A DNA stretch of 42,702 nucleotides from positions 1 to 42,702 of IMG/VR virus record IMGVR_UViG_3300025084_000068. One strand, 5' to 3'. Under the pieces are notes generated by a model. That model made no database searches and was not told the DNA's origin. It was given only the letters and a program-made list of their open reading frames with translations. Source of the DNA: a virus. Its lineage: Duplodnaviria > Caudoviricetes. Positions 7,800 through 16,528 of this stretch are shown piece after piece (the stretch's first letter is position 1; every line of letters begins with the position of its first letter). A program made the position numbers and the translations under genes.

Positions 7800-7961
7800 T
7801 TATTTTTTAATTTCTTCTATACTAATTGGCACGCAGTTGCGATCTGTTTGAATAATAAAATCCCCAACCACCTCCCTCTTAGGACAATCCCTTTTTGCAC
7901 TATACCCCGCAAGGATAAATAGTGCAGTAAAGGCAATAGCAACCGTTCTTTTCTTAAGCAT
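7800..7961 (-). CDS. 53-aa exported/lipoprotein-like peptide (below ORF-track cutoff)
   Basis: MLKKRTVAIAFTALFILAGYSAKRDCPKREVVGDFIIQTDRNCVPISIEEIKK; ATG overlaps the sheath 3' end; signal-peptide-like N-terminus. Confidence 0.6.
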   Translation of the reverse strand: MLKKRTVAIAFTALFILAGYSAKRDCPKREVVGDFIIQTDRNCVPISIEEIKK

Positions 7962-9489
7962 TCGGTCTCTTTACTATGTTTAAAGCTATTTTTCTTAACT
8001 GCCCTACTAGTATTACACTAATTTCACTTGATATTGAGCGTTCCTCAAAGTTCAATTCTGTATTCGCAGCAACAAGGCCTTTTAGCTCTTTCAATCTGCC
8101 GTTATCAATTATTCCAGCCGTATTTGATAGGAACTCAAGATAAGTGTTATACTTTGCAAGAATCGCCTCCTTGTTTATCTGTGTTTTATTTACAATTGAG
8201 CCACTTGTTAAAGTTGCTTTTGACAAGTCACGATCTGCTTTTAAATTATTAAATATATACTCACCACAGACATACATACCCATTCTATCATTGAATTCAA
8301 GCAGTGATGAGTCAGGGTTACCGTTTAAGTTTTCTGTTCTTGTTGTGTAAACAATATCAAGTTGCGGGTAAGTATTATTATTATTATTTACTATTAAAGT
8401 AAACGCCTCACTTCCTAGTTGTTGGTTTTCTTCTTGTGTAAATCCATCCACTTCAACATCAATTGTTGGAAGTATTGAGTTATGGTAAGGCACGACTGCG
8501 TTTTGAATGCCACCACTTGTAACAACGGAAAAAGCAAGGTTAGAAACAATAGCACCCTCTGTTAAGTATAGTTCAAGTAAACTTGCCAATTGACTTGAAA
8601 CCTCGTAAGAAGTTGCCTGCCTTGAGCCCTTTTTGAAAGTTGTATAAACAAGATGCTCGTTGCTAAAGTTATTAGTACCTTGTATATTAGCATATGTGTC
8701 ATCCTTTGTAATTACTGCGTACCCTTCAAGCACTTTGTTATTATATTTTGCTCTTAACCTTAGAAGAGTAAGTAAGTCTGTATTTGTATACTCGTTAGGA
8801 TATATAAAACTTGTAAATCTTTTACCTTCTATTGCATCAAATAAACTTGTTAATGATGGGTTAGTTGCTCCACCTGTAAAAAATGCTTTACTCACGGACG
8901 CTCCCCCTATTGTATAGGTAATACCCGCAACAGAGCCATCAATTTTTAACTGAGTTGAATTACCAACACTTCCACCATTTGCTGATTCAAATGTAATTGT
9001 GTCATCTGTTGTAGTTGTTGTTGAAACCGTGTAAGTTACTGGCACTTCCAAATCCGCATCAAGTAAAGCTTTGAATTTACCCATTATCTGCTCAGGGTCG
9101 TCCCCTAGTGCAACAGATACTGTATAAGTGTATTGATTTATAGATATGGTATAATCTGCCACCTCTGTTGCTGTACCTGTAAATATTAACGCACTACTTG
9201 CCTTTGTTGCAGAGCCATCATCCGCCAATGGTATAACATTAAGAGAAGGTTTTTCTATAGTGCCCGTAAAGTCTATTAAGTCAAAATATTTTCTAATACC
9301 TTGATATAACATTGACTTTGCTCCAAAGAGTTCCTTTGCTTGCTTTCTGCTTACAATATTTTCTGTTAGCTCACCCGCTGTTGCCGTTCCAGTGGATAGT
9401 TGTTGCCCTACAAATAATAATTTTCTTTCACCAACACTCGCTGATCCTGGTGAGGCTGAAAATGTAGTTGTAATTAGTGGTCTTTCCAT
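7954..9489 (-). CDS. Contractile tail sheath protein (Mu gpL-like)
   Basis: 511 aa with LLFVGQQL, AKELFGAKSML, NGGSVGN, FTGGATNP. Confidence 0.85.
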   Translation of the reverse strand: MERPLITTTFSASPGSASVGERKLLFVGQQLSTGTATAGELTENIVSRKQAKELFGAKSMLYQGIRKYFDLIDFTGTIEKPSLNVIPLADDGSATKASSALIFTGTATEVADYTISINQYTYTVSVALGDDPEQIMGKFKALLDADLEVPVTYTVSTTTTTDDTITFESANGGSVGNSTQLKIDGSVAGITYTIGGASVSKAFFTGGATNPSLTSLFDAIEGKRFTSFIYPNEYTNTDLLTLLRLRAKYNNKVLEGYAVITKDDTYANIQGTNNFSNEHLVYTTFKKGSRQATSYEVSSQLASLLELYLTEGAIVSNLAFSVVTSGGIQNAVVPYHNSILPTIDVEVDGFTQEENQQLGSEAFTLIVNNNNNTYPQLDIVYTTRTENLNGNPDSSLLEFNDRMGMYVCGEYIFNNLKADRDLSKATLTSGSIVNKTQINKEAILAKYNTYLEFLSNTAGIIDNGRLKELKGLVAANTELNFEERSISSEISVILVGQLRKIALNIVKRPNA

Positions 9490-9491
9490 AT

Positions 9492-9740
9492 TTATTTTTT
9501 ACTTGTTGATTTAACTTTTTTTTTAACTTCATTTAATGAGTCGTTAGAATTAAAAAACTCTAATATTTCAATTGCATTGTCAAGAGGTATATCTTTTACT
9601 CTTTCCCTCCAAAACCTTTCCAATGGTTTTTTGCCAGAGTCACATTCAATAATAACAACCTCATCTTTTCGTAGTTGTTTATTTTGTAATATCCATTTAA
9701 AGTCTGTGTTGACCTTTACTTTTAAGAAATATTTTAACAT
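9492..9740 (-). CDS. DUF2635/Mu gp38-like small tail protein
   Basis: FWRERVKD motif, immediately upstream of the sheath. Confidence 0.6.
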   Translation of the reverse strand: MLKYFLKVKVNTDFKWILQNKQLRKDEVVIIECDSGKKPLERFWRERVKDIPLDNAIEILEFFNSNDSLNEVKKKVKSTSKK

Positions 9741-9769
9741 TTCAATATATAATTATTAATAACAATTCT

Positions 9770-9797
9770 ATTTTACTTTATATTGTTTGATTGTCAA
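9770..9797 (-). promoter_or_regulatory. Leftward promoter for the sheath block
   Basis: TTGACA (9797-9792)-N16-TAAAAT, back-to-back with cassette copy 4. Confidence 0.6.
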
Positions 9798-9822
9798 ATT
9801 TTAATAATAGTTTTAAAAACCC

Positions 9823-9901
9823 TTGACATTTTTTGTAGTCGGTTTATACTTATATTGAAGCCAATGAGCTTCATATATTTTATTAATCAATCAAAATTAA
9901 A
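9823..9901 (+). promoter_or_regulatory. Cassette copy 4
   Basis: TTGACA-N16-TATACT-TATAT, hairpin TGAAGC-CAATGA-GCTTCA, TTTTATTAATCAATCAAAA. Confidence 0.88.
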
Positions 9902-10159
9902 ATGATAAACAAATTTGGAGCAAAGCCAGACTCAAACTACAAAATAGAAGTGGAAGTTTGCACTAAAAGAGCCAATTACGGCTGTGTATACTTTGTTAAT
10001 GCTACTAGCGAAGCAGATGCAAGAAAGCAGGTAGAAGAGGCAATTGAAGATGAGTGGAAAGGTTGTACTTATACAACAAGAGAATGGGTGGTTAAAGATT
10101 ACAAAATGTGGGAAGTGGCAAAACAAATTTACTATGAGAAACACCGTAGTAATAAATAA
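9902..10159 (+). CDS. Hypothetical protein
   Basis: 85-aa ORF after cassette; VNATSEADARKQV is common in small phage proteins. Confidence 0.7.
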   Translation: MINKFGAKPDSNYKIEVEVCTKRANYGCVYFVNATSEADARKQVEEAIEDEWKGCTYTTREWVVKDYKMWEVAKQIYYEKHRSNK

Positions 10160-10240
10160 CTACTGGGATGCCTTTGGTAACGAGGTTGACAGTAGTATGA
10201 ATATTAATAAGATTAATAACATTAACAAGTCAAAACTAAA

Positions 10241-11128
10241 ATGACTAACATAACAACACTAATAGATCAGGTCTCAATTGAAGGCGGGCAATTACAATTA
10301 TCAAGTAATTTTGACATACTGAAGCAAGAACTTGAAAAATACCTTGAAAATTATAAGAACATCGTGGTTACTTACGAGACCTACAAAGAAGGCAAGCAAT
10401 GCGTCACCGAACTCAACAAGATGGTTAAATCTATTGAAACAAAAAGAAGGGATTGCCTTGCACCATACAAAGAGCAAATTAAGTTTGTTGAAAATCAAGC
10501 AAAAAGTTTAATAGACTCTTGCAAGGAAGTCCAAAGTAATATTAAGTCCCAGAACAAGCATTTTGAAGAGATTAAATTGCAATTACTACAAGACTTAATA
10601 GATAACTATATTGAAGACTTAAAAAGTAAATTTTCAATAGGAGAAAACTACTTAATCGTTGACATTGAAGACTTGTTAAAAGTGAGTAATCTTGAACCAA
10701 CGGATGACATCAAATATAAAATAAAACAAGAGATCAAGGAAAGGTTTTTTAATTCCCTTGAGACTCAAAAGATATGTTATGATAGAATTAAGTATTTAAA
10801 AAATATATCACAAGAAAACAATCTAATTATTAAACTCACAGAAGAGGACATTAAAAGCTTTGTATTAGAAGATAAACATGTATACAATCAAAAACTACAA
10901 ACTTTAATAGACAAGAAAAAACAAGAACAAGAAAGGGTTAAGGAGGCTGTTAAAAGGGATGTGATAAAAGAAGTAAAAGCTAAACCCTCCCCTCCTTCTA
11001 TGGCAATACTTGACAAAGCTCCTGACCCAGTTCAAGATAACATTCTTAAAATAATAGAATTTCACTTTAAAGACCATCCACGGCTTGATATAGCTATTAA
11101 AGATGTTAAGAGGTTTTTTAATAGCTAG
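10241..11128 (+). CDS. DUF1351-like coiled-coil phage protein
   Basis: NFDILKQELEKYLENYKNIVVT..K....ELNK....IE.KR. Confidence 0.75.
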   Translation: MTNITTLIDQVSIEGGQLQLSSNFDILKQELEKYLENYKNIVVTYETYKEGKQCVTELNKMVKSIETKRRDCLAPYKEQIKFVENQAKSLIDSCKEVQSNIKSQNKHFEEIKLQLLQDLIDNYIEDLKSKFSIGENYLIVDIEDLLKVSNLEPTDDIKYKIKQEIKERFFNSLETQKICYDRIKYLKNISQENNLIIKLTEEDIKSFVLEDKHVYNQKLQTLIDKKKQEQERVKEAVKRDVIKEVKAKPSPPSMAILDKAPDPVQDNILKIIEFHFKDHPRLDIAIKDVKRFFNS

Positions 11129-11198
11129 TATAACACATTTGCAATACAAACAGCCTTAATTGACTTTTTCATTGCAAAACAACCCCTAAAATGCAATA

Positions 11199-12284
11199 CT
11201 AATAATTAATCACTTGACTATACCCAGCCTCATCCTTATTAATTGTATTATTAATTCTTGATAGCGGTACTTGACTTCCATTGTCAACATACTCATTTTT
11301 ATCAAATTGAAATGTCTTTTGAAATTGATAGTCAAAGGTTAAATAAGCTCCATTTTCTGCATAATCGGGTGATGTCCCGCAGGATGTCATTGTATAACCC
11401 TCTGATAACAAGCACTTGTTTAAAGCGGATCTGTATTCATTATAACACTTATCTATTGTTTCCGCTCCTAGTGAGTCTTGTGATGTTGTTATAAATGCAT
11501 ATATACCAACATTAGCAATTGCATAACTTCCAAAGACTTTATTGTCCGTGTTAGCATAGTCTGTATCACCAATTGAAAAAGAATTACCACCACTACCCGT
11601 TAGATTGTATTCAATGCCTTGGTTTACTACATATAAAGTAAATGGATTGCTAGTCTCACCTCTAAAATCCACATCTGCACGACTTAAATCAGCGGTTGCC
11701 TTAACATTGACAGAAAAAGCAATGTGCATATCACCCGTGGTCTCATCTGGTAGGTTTTCATTTACTTGGTAGGTATAAGTAGAGTTGTCAATTTTTGTTA
11801 GAGTTGTAAATAAGTTATAACCATATGTATTGCTTGCAATAAAAGGCTCTTGTAATTTACCTAGAGTGGTTATTACCGTGTCCTCGCTCCCAGCAACATT
11901 AATATAAATGCTTTTTGAATCGTATATATCTATTATTTCAAATTCATTGTTAAGTAGTGCATAATCACAATCTTGAATTATGATTTTGTCATTGAAGTTT
12001 TTTACATATGGGGTCGTGGTTGTAATTTTAAAGTTATAATCACTATTATCGTCTATATATTCTATGCTTTCAATATTATGAACTCCACGAACACCCCTTA
12101 TTTTAAATGCGTCACCATCTGCAATAATTTGACTTAAATCAGTAGGGCTTGTCAATGTAATGGTTGCAGTATTGCCTGCTTTTGTTATCGTGTCTATTGA
12201 TAAACTACCATCTTCTAAGTCTGGTATGTAGTTGTTTACATTATTAGATAAGTAAGTTGCTAGATCTGTTATCCTAAAGGTCAT
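11199..12284 (-). CDS. Probable tail terminator/completion protein with inserted beta domains
   Basis: Lies between the gp10-like gene and the sheath block; two ATIT..P......D...I-type beta repeats in the N-terminal half. Confidence 0.5.
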   Translation of the reverse strand: MTFRITDLATYLSNNVNNYIPDLEDGSLSIDTITKAGNTATITLTSPTDLSQIIADGDAFKIRGVRGVHNIESIEYIDDNSDYNFKITTTTPYVKNFNDKIIIQDCDYALLNNEFEIIDIYDSKSIYINVAGSEDTVITTLGKLQEPFIASNTYGYNLFTTLTKIDNSTYTYQVNENLPDETTGDMHIAFSVNVKATADLSRADVDFRGETSNPFTLYVVNQGIEYNLTGSGGNSFSIGDTDYANTDNKVFGSYAIANVGIYAFITTSQDSLGAETIDKCYNEYRSALNKCLLSEGYTMTSCGTSPDYAENGAYLTFDYQFQKTFQFDKNEYVDNGSQVPLSRINNTINKDEAGYSQVINY

Positions 12285-12305
12285 GGTATATAAGTATTTT
12301 TTTTA

Positions 12306-12333
12306 ATTATAACAAAAAATTTAAAAAAGTAAA
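12306..12333 (-). promoter_or_regulatory. Leftward promoter for 11199-12284
   Basis: TTTACT-N16-TATAAT with TGn extended -10; similar to 13648-13675. Confidence 0.6.
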
Positions 12334-12340
12334 ATAATGC

Positions 12341-12435
12341 TTGACTTATCTCACAAGTATTATATACTTATATTAACCAAGGGTTGAAACTTTTACTAAC
12401 AAATCATAAGCAAAAATAACAGACTTAAAACTAGT
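12341..12435 (+). promoter_or_regulatory. Cassette copy 5 (AACC-AAG-GGTT hairpin type)
   Basis: TTGACT-N16-TATACT-TATATT-AACCAAGGGTTGAAACTTTTACTAACAAATCA. Confidence 0.85.
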
Positions 12436-12783
12436 ATGAGATACAACAGGTCAGAGAGAAGAATGTCTCTTTTAAGATATTGCTACTTAATGAATTATTG
12501 CAAGAATAAAAAGTATAGAAATTTTGAAAGTATATTGTATTACACAGAAAACCTTTTAAACTCGCTGACAAAAGCAAAAGGATACTACCCTAAAACTAGG
12601 ACTAGCTTTAAAACACTTGCAGGCTTTGAAAAAATTTTACTTAAAAAGATATTGAAGCACATCCCCCCAAGACTAACACAAAAGCAAAGAGAGGTTTTCC
12701 TTAATTTTGTAGCAGATTACAGTTGCAAAAAAGGCAGAGAAGATTTTCTTAAATGTCTTGACTCACTTAAGAACACTACTTAA
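12436..12783 (+). CDS. Hypothetical basic protein
   Basis: 115-aa ORF after cassette; overlaps the convergent gene by 21 nt. Confidence 0.65.
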   Translation: MRYNRSERRMSLLRYCYLMNYCKNKKYRNFESILYYTENLLNSLTKAKGYYPKTRTSFKTLAGFEKILLKKILKHIPPRLTQKQREVFLNFVADYSCKKGREDFLKCLDSLKNTT

Positions 12784-13227
12784 TCTTTTAGCAATGAGGC
12801 TTTGACCTGCCTTCATATTTCTTTTAATACCATTTTTTAAATAAAACCTCCGCATTTCAACTTCAAGCTGTTCTGCATAGTTTACCTTGCTATTACCCGC
12901 CCCTATTTCAAGTCTACGATAACCTTTTACTCTAAAATCTACAGAGGCTCTTAAATTGCCCGTTATAACCGCTGGAGACTCACCCGTTGCCGATGCACGA
13001 TGCCACCTCGCCCTCTTTAATTGCCTTCCACCTCTCCCAATGTTTATTAAATACCTACGACCCGTTTTTACTCCGTAGGTCATGTCATTTCTTACATCTT
13101 TAGTGACTAACATACCAAAATCATAACCTGCTTTTTTTAATGCAGTTTTTACTTGATGTGGTTGCCTTGATAAGTCTTTTAATACTTGCTTTGTTTGTGC
13201 GGATGTTTTAAATTTAATGGTATTCAT
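12763..13227 (-). CDS. HK97 gp10-like neck/tail-completion protein
   Basis: HRASATGESPAVITGNLRASV and VNYAEQLE. Confidence 0.8.
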   Translation of the reverse strand: MNTIKFKTSAQTKQVLKDLSRQPHQVKTALKKAGYDFGMLVTKDVRNDMTYGVKTGRRYLINIGRGGRQLKRARWHRASATGESPAVITGNLRASVDFRVKGYRRLEIGAGNSKVNYAEQLEVEMRRFYLKNGIKRNMKAGQSLIAKRLSSVLK

Positions 13228-13233
13228 AAAAAG

Positions 13234-13626
13234 CTAAATCTTGCTTGCCTCCTTGCTATCATCACCTCTTGATCTTGCATAGACAGTCCACCACTCATTT
13301 TTTAAGTCTTTGTTTTCATAGCTTTCAATTGCATATATAAAGTTGTTATACTTTACATATTTAACCTTTGCTTGATCTATATTTAATAAATCACCATACT
13401 TGACATAAAAGACAGTGTCAATCCGTGAGTTTGTAGCAACGCCATTTATTTGAGACAATCCAATTCTACTTACTGTTTTAGGAACGCCTCCAACGGACTT
13501 AACAACCTCTTCAATCACCCGAGGCTTACCCAGTCCATTGTAATTTTTTCTTTCTATAAAATCCAGCCTTACCATATCTCTTAAGCAAGCTTTAAATGTG
13601 TCTCTTTTTATTCTTTTGCAAGCCAT
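13234..13626 (-). CDS. Probable head closure (head-tail adaptor) protein
   Basis: Size and order after the connector; VKYNNFIYAIESYEN pattern. Confidence 0.6.
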   Translation of the reverse strand: MACKRIKRDTFKACLRDMVRLDFIERKNYNGLGKPRVIEEVVKSVGGVPKTVSRIGLSQINGVATNSRIDTVFYVKYGDLLNIDQAKVKYVKYNNFIYAIESYENKDLKNEWWTVYARSRGDDSKEASKI

Positions 13627-13647
13627 AGTATGTGAATAGTTTTCTTA

Positions 13648-13675
13648 ATTATAACAAAAAAACTAAAAAAAGCAA
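13648..13675 (-). promoter_or_regulatory. Leftward promoter for the head-closure block
   Basis: TTGCTT-N16-TATAAT with TGn extended -10; back-to-back with cassette copy 6. Confidence 0.6.
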
Positions 13676-13683
13676 AATACCCC

Positions 13684-13763
13684 TTGACTTATTCTAAAAG
13701 TTATTTATACTTATATTGAAGCCAGTAGGTTTCATAACTTTTATTAACAAATTACAAATTACA
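13684..13763 (+). promoter_or_regulatory. Cassette copy 6
   Basis: TTGACT-N16-TATACT-TATATT-GAAGCCAGTAGGTTTC..TTTTATTAACAAAT; very close to copy 2. Confidence 0.88.
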
Positions 13764-14129
13764 ATGACAATTAAAACAGATTATTTTCACTTTGACGGTT
13801 TTAGCGGGATGATTGACGAAAAAAATCAAGAAGAGGTTATGGTATCTTTTAAAAAAGTGTTTGAAGAAAACATTGACTGCGATTTTACAAAAGACGGCTT
13901 TAAAACAAATAAAGAAGACATTACAAATATTATTAATCAAATTGAACCATATAAATGGACTTATACAGAATATGGTGACTGGTCTATTTGTCAGGAGAGT
14001 GGTTCAGGTGATTATAATCAAGAACTAGAGCACGATATTACAGAATATGCTAACGACTTTGTAAGATTTTTAATAGACTTAGAAAAAGAACTAAAAGACG
14101 GGGAAGAGGTTTTGGTGGAATATGATTAA
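13764..14129 (+). CDS. Hypothetical acidic protein
   Basis: Start moved from 13716 (inside cassette) to the in-frame ATG 13764. Confidence 0.75.
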   Translation: MTIKTDYFHFDGFSGMIDEKNQEEVMVSFKKVFEENIDCDFTKDGFKTNKEDITNIINQIEPYKWTYTEYGDWSICQESGSGDYNQELEHDITEYANDFVRFLIDLEKELKDGEEVLVEYD

Positions 14130-14364
14130 AACAGAACGCACTTTAAAACTTGAATTAATTAAGAATTATTTTGATAACCTGTCTAGAGAACAGATAAAAT
14201 ATGTTTTACAACAAATGGGACTATGGAAGATAACAATGAACTTATATACAAAGCACGATTTAGTTTACAAAATCTTCATTAAAGAACCGCACAGATATAC
14301 CCTTGCAGATGCAAAGCATATAGTCAACTCTTTTGATAAAATTTTAGCAGGCAATGGAATTTAA
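14122..14364 (+). CDS. Hypothetical protein
   Basis: 80 aa, overlapping both neighbours. Confidence 0.7.
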   Translation: MIKTERTLKLELIKNYFDNLSREQIKYVLQQMGLWKITMNLYTKHDLVYKIFIKEPHRYTLADAKHIVNSFDKILAGNGI

Positions 14365-15118
14365 GCCACCATATAATCAAGTTATACATCAAGACTGCAT
14401 TAAATTCACAAGCTCACTAGAAAAAGAGTCTGTGAATTTGATAGTCACCGATCCCCCGTATGGGGTAAATTTTAAAACAGACATATATAACGACTCACAA
14501 GATTATATTACACAACAAGCCCCTCTGTGGTTAAACTCAATGTATAATGTATTAAAAGATAACTCACATTGCTATATATTTACAGGAACGAAAAGCTTGC
14601 GGTTATGGTTAAATGCAATTGAAGACAGTGACTTTATATTTCAAAACATAATCAATTTACCTTCTTATTGCAATGGACAGTATTTAAAAAATAACTTCTA
14701 TTACAGGACAGAACACATTTTATTTTTGTCAAAAGGTAAATCAAAAAAACTTAATGAAGTAGACTTTATCAAGACGAGTGAGGCTTGGTTAAAAGACAAA
14801 AGAAATACAAAGCCGAAGCCTTATACATATTCATACCCTAATTTTTGGGATTTTGTATTTGCAAACAGTAAGGCAAACACTAAAAAAAATCTACATCCTA
14901 ATCAAAAAAATGTAGAGTTATTAAAAATACTAATACAGTTATCAAGTAATGTGGGCGATACTGTACTAGATCCGTTTGCTGGTAGTGGCTCAACTGCAAT
15001 TGCAAGTATAATTACAAATAGAAAGTTTTTAGGTTGTGATTCTAATCAAGACTGTGTGGATATATCAAATAAAAGAATACATCAAGAACTCAACCTACCC
15101 GACTATAAGAATAACTAG
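14354..15118 (+). CDS. Orphan beta-class N6-adenine/N4-cytosine DNA methyltransferase
   Basis: LIVTDPPY precedes HPNQK and VLDPFAGSGST. Confidence 0.93.
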   Translation: MEFKPPYNQVIHQDCIKFTSSLEKESVNLIVTDPPYGVNFKTDIYNDSQDYITQQAPLWLNSMYNVLKDNSHCYIFTGTKSLRLWLNAIEDSDFIFQNIINLPSYCNGQYLKNNFYYRTEHILFLSKGKSKKLNEVDFIKTSEAWLKDKRNTKPKPYTYSYPNFWDFVFANSKANTKKNLHPNQKNVELLKILIQLSSNVGDTVLDPFAGSGSTAIASIITNRKFLGCDSNQDCVDISNKRIHQELNLPDYKNN

Positions 15119-15812
15119 GATTTATTATAAAAGCCCGCATAAGAGGCTGAACCATAAAAGATATTGAACCATCTACACAATCACCACACTCATCACCGTA
15201 TTTTTCTCTTAACCAGTTCATTTGGCATAGTATAGCTTGTTTTATATCAATAGGTAAGTTAGCTCCGTCGCTTGTAATTCCAGCTTGATATTCAAGTGTA
15301 ACGGCATCGGGCTGTTGTAATGTAGCAGGGTATTTTGGCAAACCCGTTGCCTCATCTACTTTTGGTATTGCATAAGAATACTTTTTTGAACGGACATCGT
15401 ATCTCTTAATATTCCAGTCGTTCAAGTCTGCAGTTTGCTCTATACCTTCTATGTCTATATATTTAACAATTAGTGTATTATTGACATATGGTGTCATTGG
15501 TATTTGCAAGCCATATGCTTGCTTGTTATAGCTTGAGCAGTAAGTTATAGTCTTGTATGAGTTGTTGCAAGGAAAACCATCTAAAAAGCTCTTATATGTC
15601 TTGATAGTTATATCAATGCCCGTAAAGTCTTGTATTGTTTGAATTGCTAGTTTTTGCAAACTTTCTAAATATACATCCTGATCGTCATTATATATTTTTA
15701 GAAAACTTTTAACCTCTTCCAATGGGACGGGGTTTGTTGAGTCGTTTGCAAGTAATACAGTGTTATCCGATCTTATAAAATTATCAACCTCATAACAATA
15801 TGTATTACTCAT
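15090..15812 (-). CDS. Head-tail connector protein (gp6-like)
   Basis: PVPLEEVKSFLKI..D.D.YL; YQAG..LPIDIKQAIL. Confidence 0.85.
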   Translation of the reverse strand: MSNTYCYEVDNFIRSDNTVLLANDSTNPVPLEEVKSFLKIYNDDQDVYLESLQKLAIQTIQDFTGIDITIKTYKSFLDGFPCNNSYKTITYCSSYNKQAYGLQIPMTPYVNNTLIVKYIDIEGIEQTADLNDWNIKRYDVRSKKYSYAIPKVDEATGLPKYPATLQQPDAVTLEYQAGITSDGANLPIDIKQAILCQMNWLREKYGDECGDCVDGSISFMVQPLMRAFIINPSYSYSRVG

Positions 15813-15819
15813 AAACTAA

Positions 15820-16062
15820 TTAATCTGCTTTCTTTTTATATCTTTTTTTTGGTGCGGGTGATACTTCTTTTGAAGGTATGGCATTTGAATATTCAGCTTT
15901 CTTAATAGGTTGCTCTTCTACTTCCCTTGCCAATCCTTTGTTAAGAAGTCTATTTATATCATCTCTTGACTCAAAAGGTATTACATCACCCTTTTTAAAG
16001 CAAAAATAATCATTCTGCTTTGTGTAAAAACCAAAATCTTGAGTTGCTGTGTATTTTGACAT
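15820..16062 (-). CDS. Small head-associated protein
   Basis: KKGDVI..RLLNKGLA..PKKR motif typical after capsid genes. Confidence 0.6.
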   Translation of the reverse strand: MSKYTATQDFGFYTKQNDYFCFKKGDVIPFESRDDINRLLNKGLAREVEEQPIKKAEYSNAIPSKEVSPAPKKRYKKKAD

Positions 16063-16063
16063 A

Positions 16064-16492
16064 CTAGGCAGGCTGATCTGTTACTGATACTCTTACAGTT
16101 GCCAAAACTGATAAATTAGCACTGTTTGCACCTGTAAAGCCTACCCTTGCATATCTTTTATTACGGATAAGACCAAAAGTTTTTACCTCATTAAGTCCAG
16201 ATACTTTAGCATTTGCAAAGCCTAGTTTATTGTTACCTAGCTCATTAACAACATTAAAGCTAGCATCTGTCAACTTAACTCCATCTGATAAATTTGACTC
16301 ATCTCCAATTGTAATAAATGGAGTTACATCACCTGCTGTATAAGCTGAACAAGTTAAAGCAAACTCTGCAAAATTATAATTTTCAAGATCAAGTATGATT
16401 GAAGAGTTAGAGTCTGCATCTGCATTAATTGCCTCAACTCCAGAAGCTAAAAGTGTTTTTGCCTCTGATATTTTTTCTACTGCTATAGACAT
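16064..16492 (-). CDS. Probable capsid decoration/auxiliary protein
   Basis: Directly after MCP; beta-rich; KRYARV motif. Confidence 0.6.
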   Translation of the reverse strand: MSIAVEKISEAKTLLASGVEAINADADSNSSIILDLENYNFAEFALTCSAYTAGDVTPFITIGDESNLSDGVKLTDASFNVVNELGNNKLGFANAKVSGLNEVKTFGLIRNKRYARVGFTGANSANLSVLATVRVSVTDQPA

Positions 16493-16528
16493 TTTATTTT
16501 TTATATATATTAATATTAATAATTACAA

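Noticed and set aside
7834-7945. Structured ncRNA between sheath and tube (TGCACTAT/ATAGTGCA stem; CAGTTGC/GCAACCG)
   Set aside because: A coupled 53-aa ORF with a signal-like N-terminus explains the interval and its higher GC; a dual RNA role is not excluded but has no further support.
10044-10244. 66-aa ORF overlapping 9902-10159
   Set aside because: Mostly overlaps a cassette-led gene and its end is the translated leader motif; a shorter version from an internal ATG is possible but unsupported.
13227-13236. Readthrough fusion of head-closure and gp10-like genes (in-frame TAG CTT TTT ATG)
   Set aside because: These are normally separate proteins and in-frame spacing occurs one time in three by chance.
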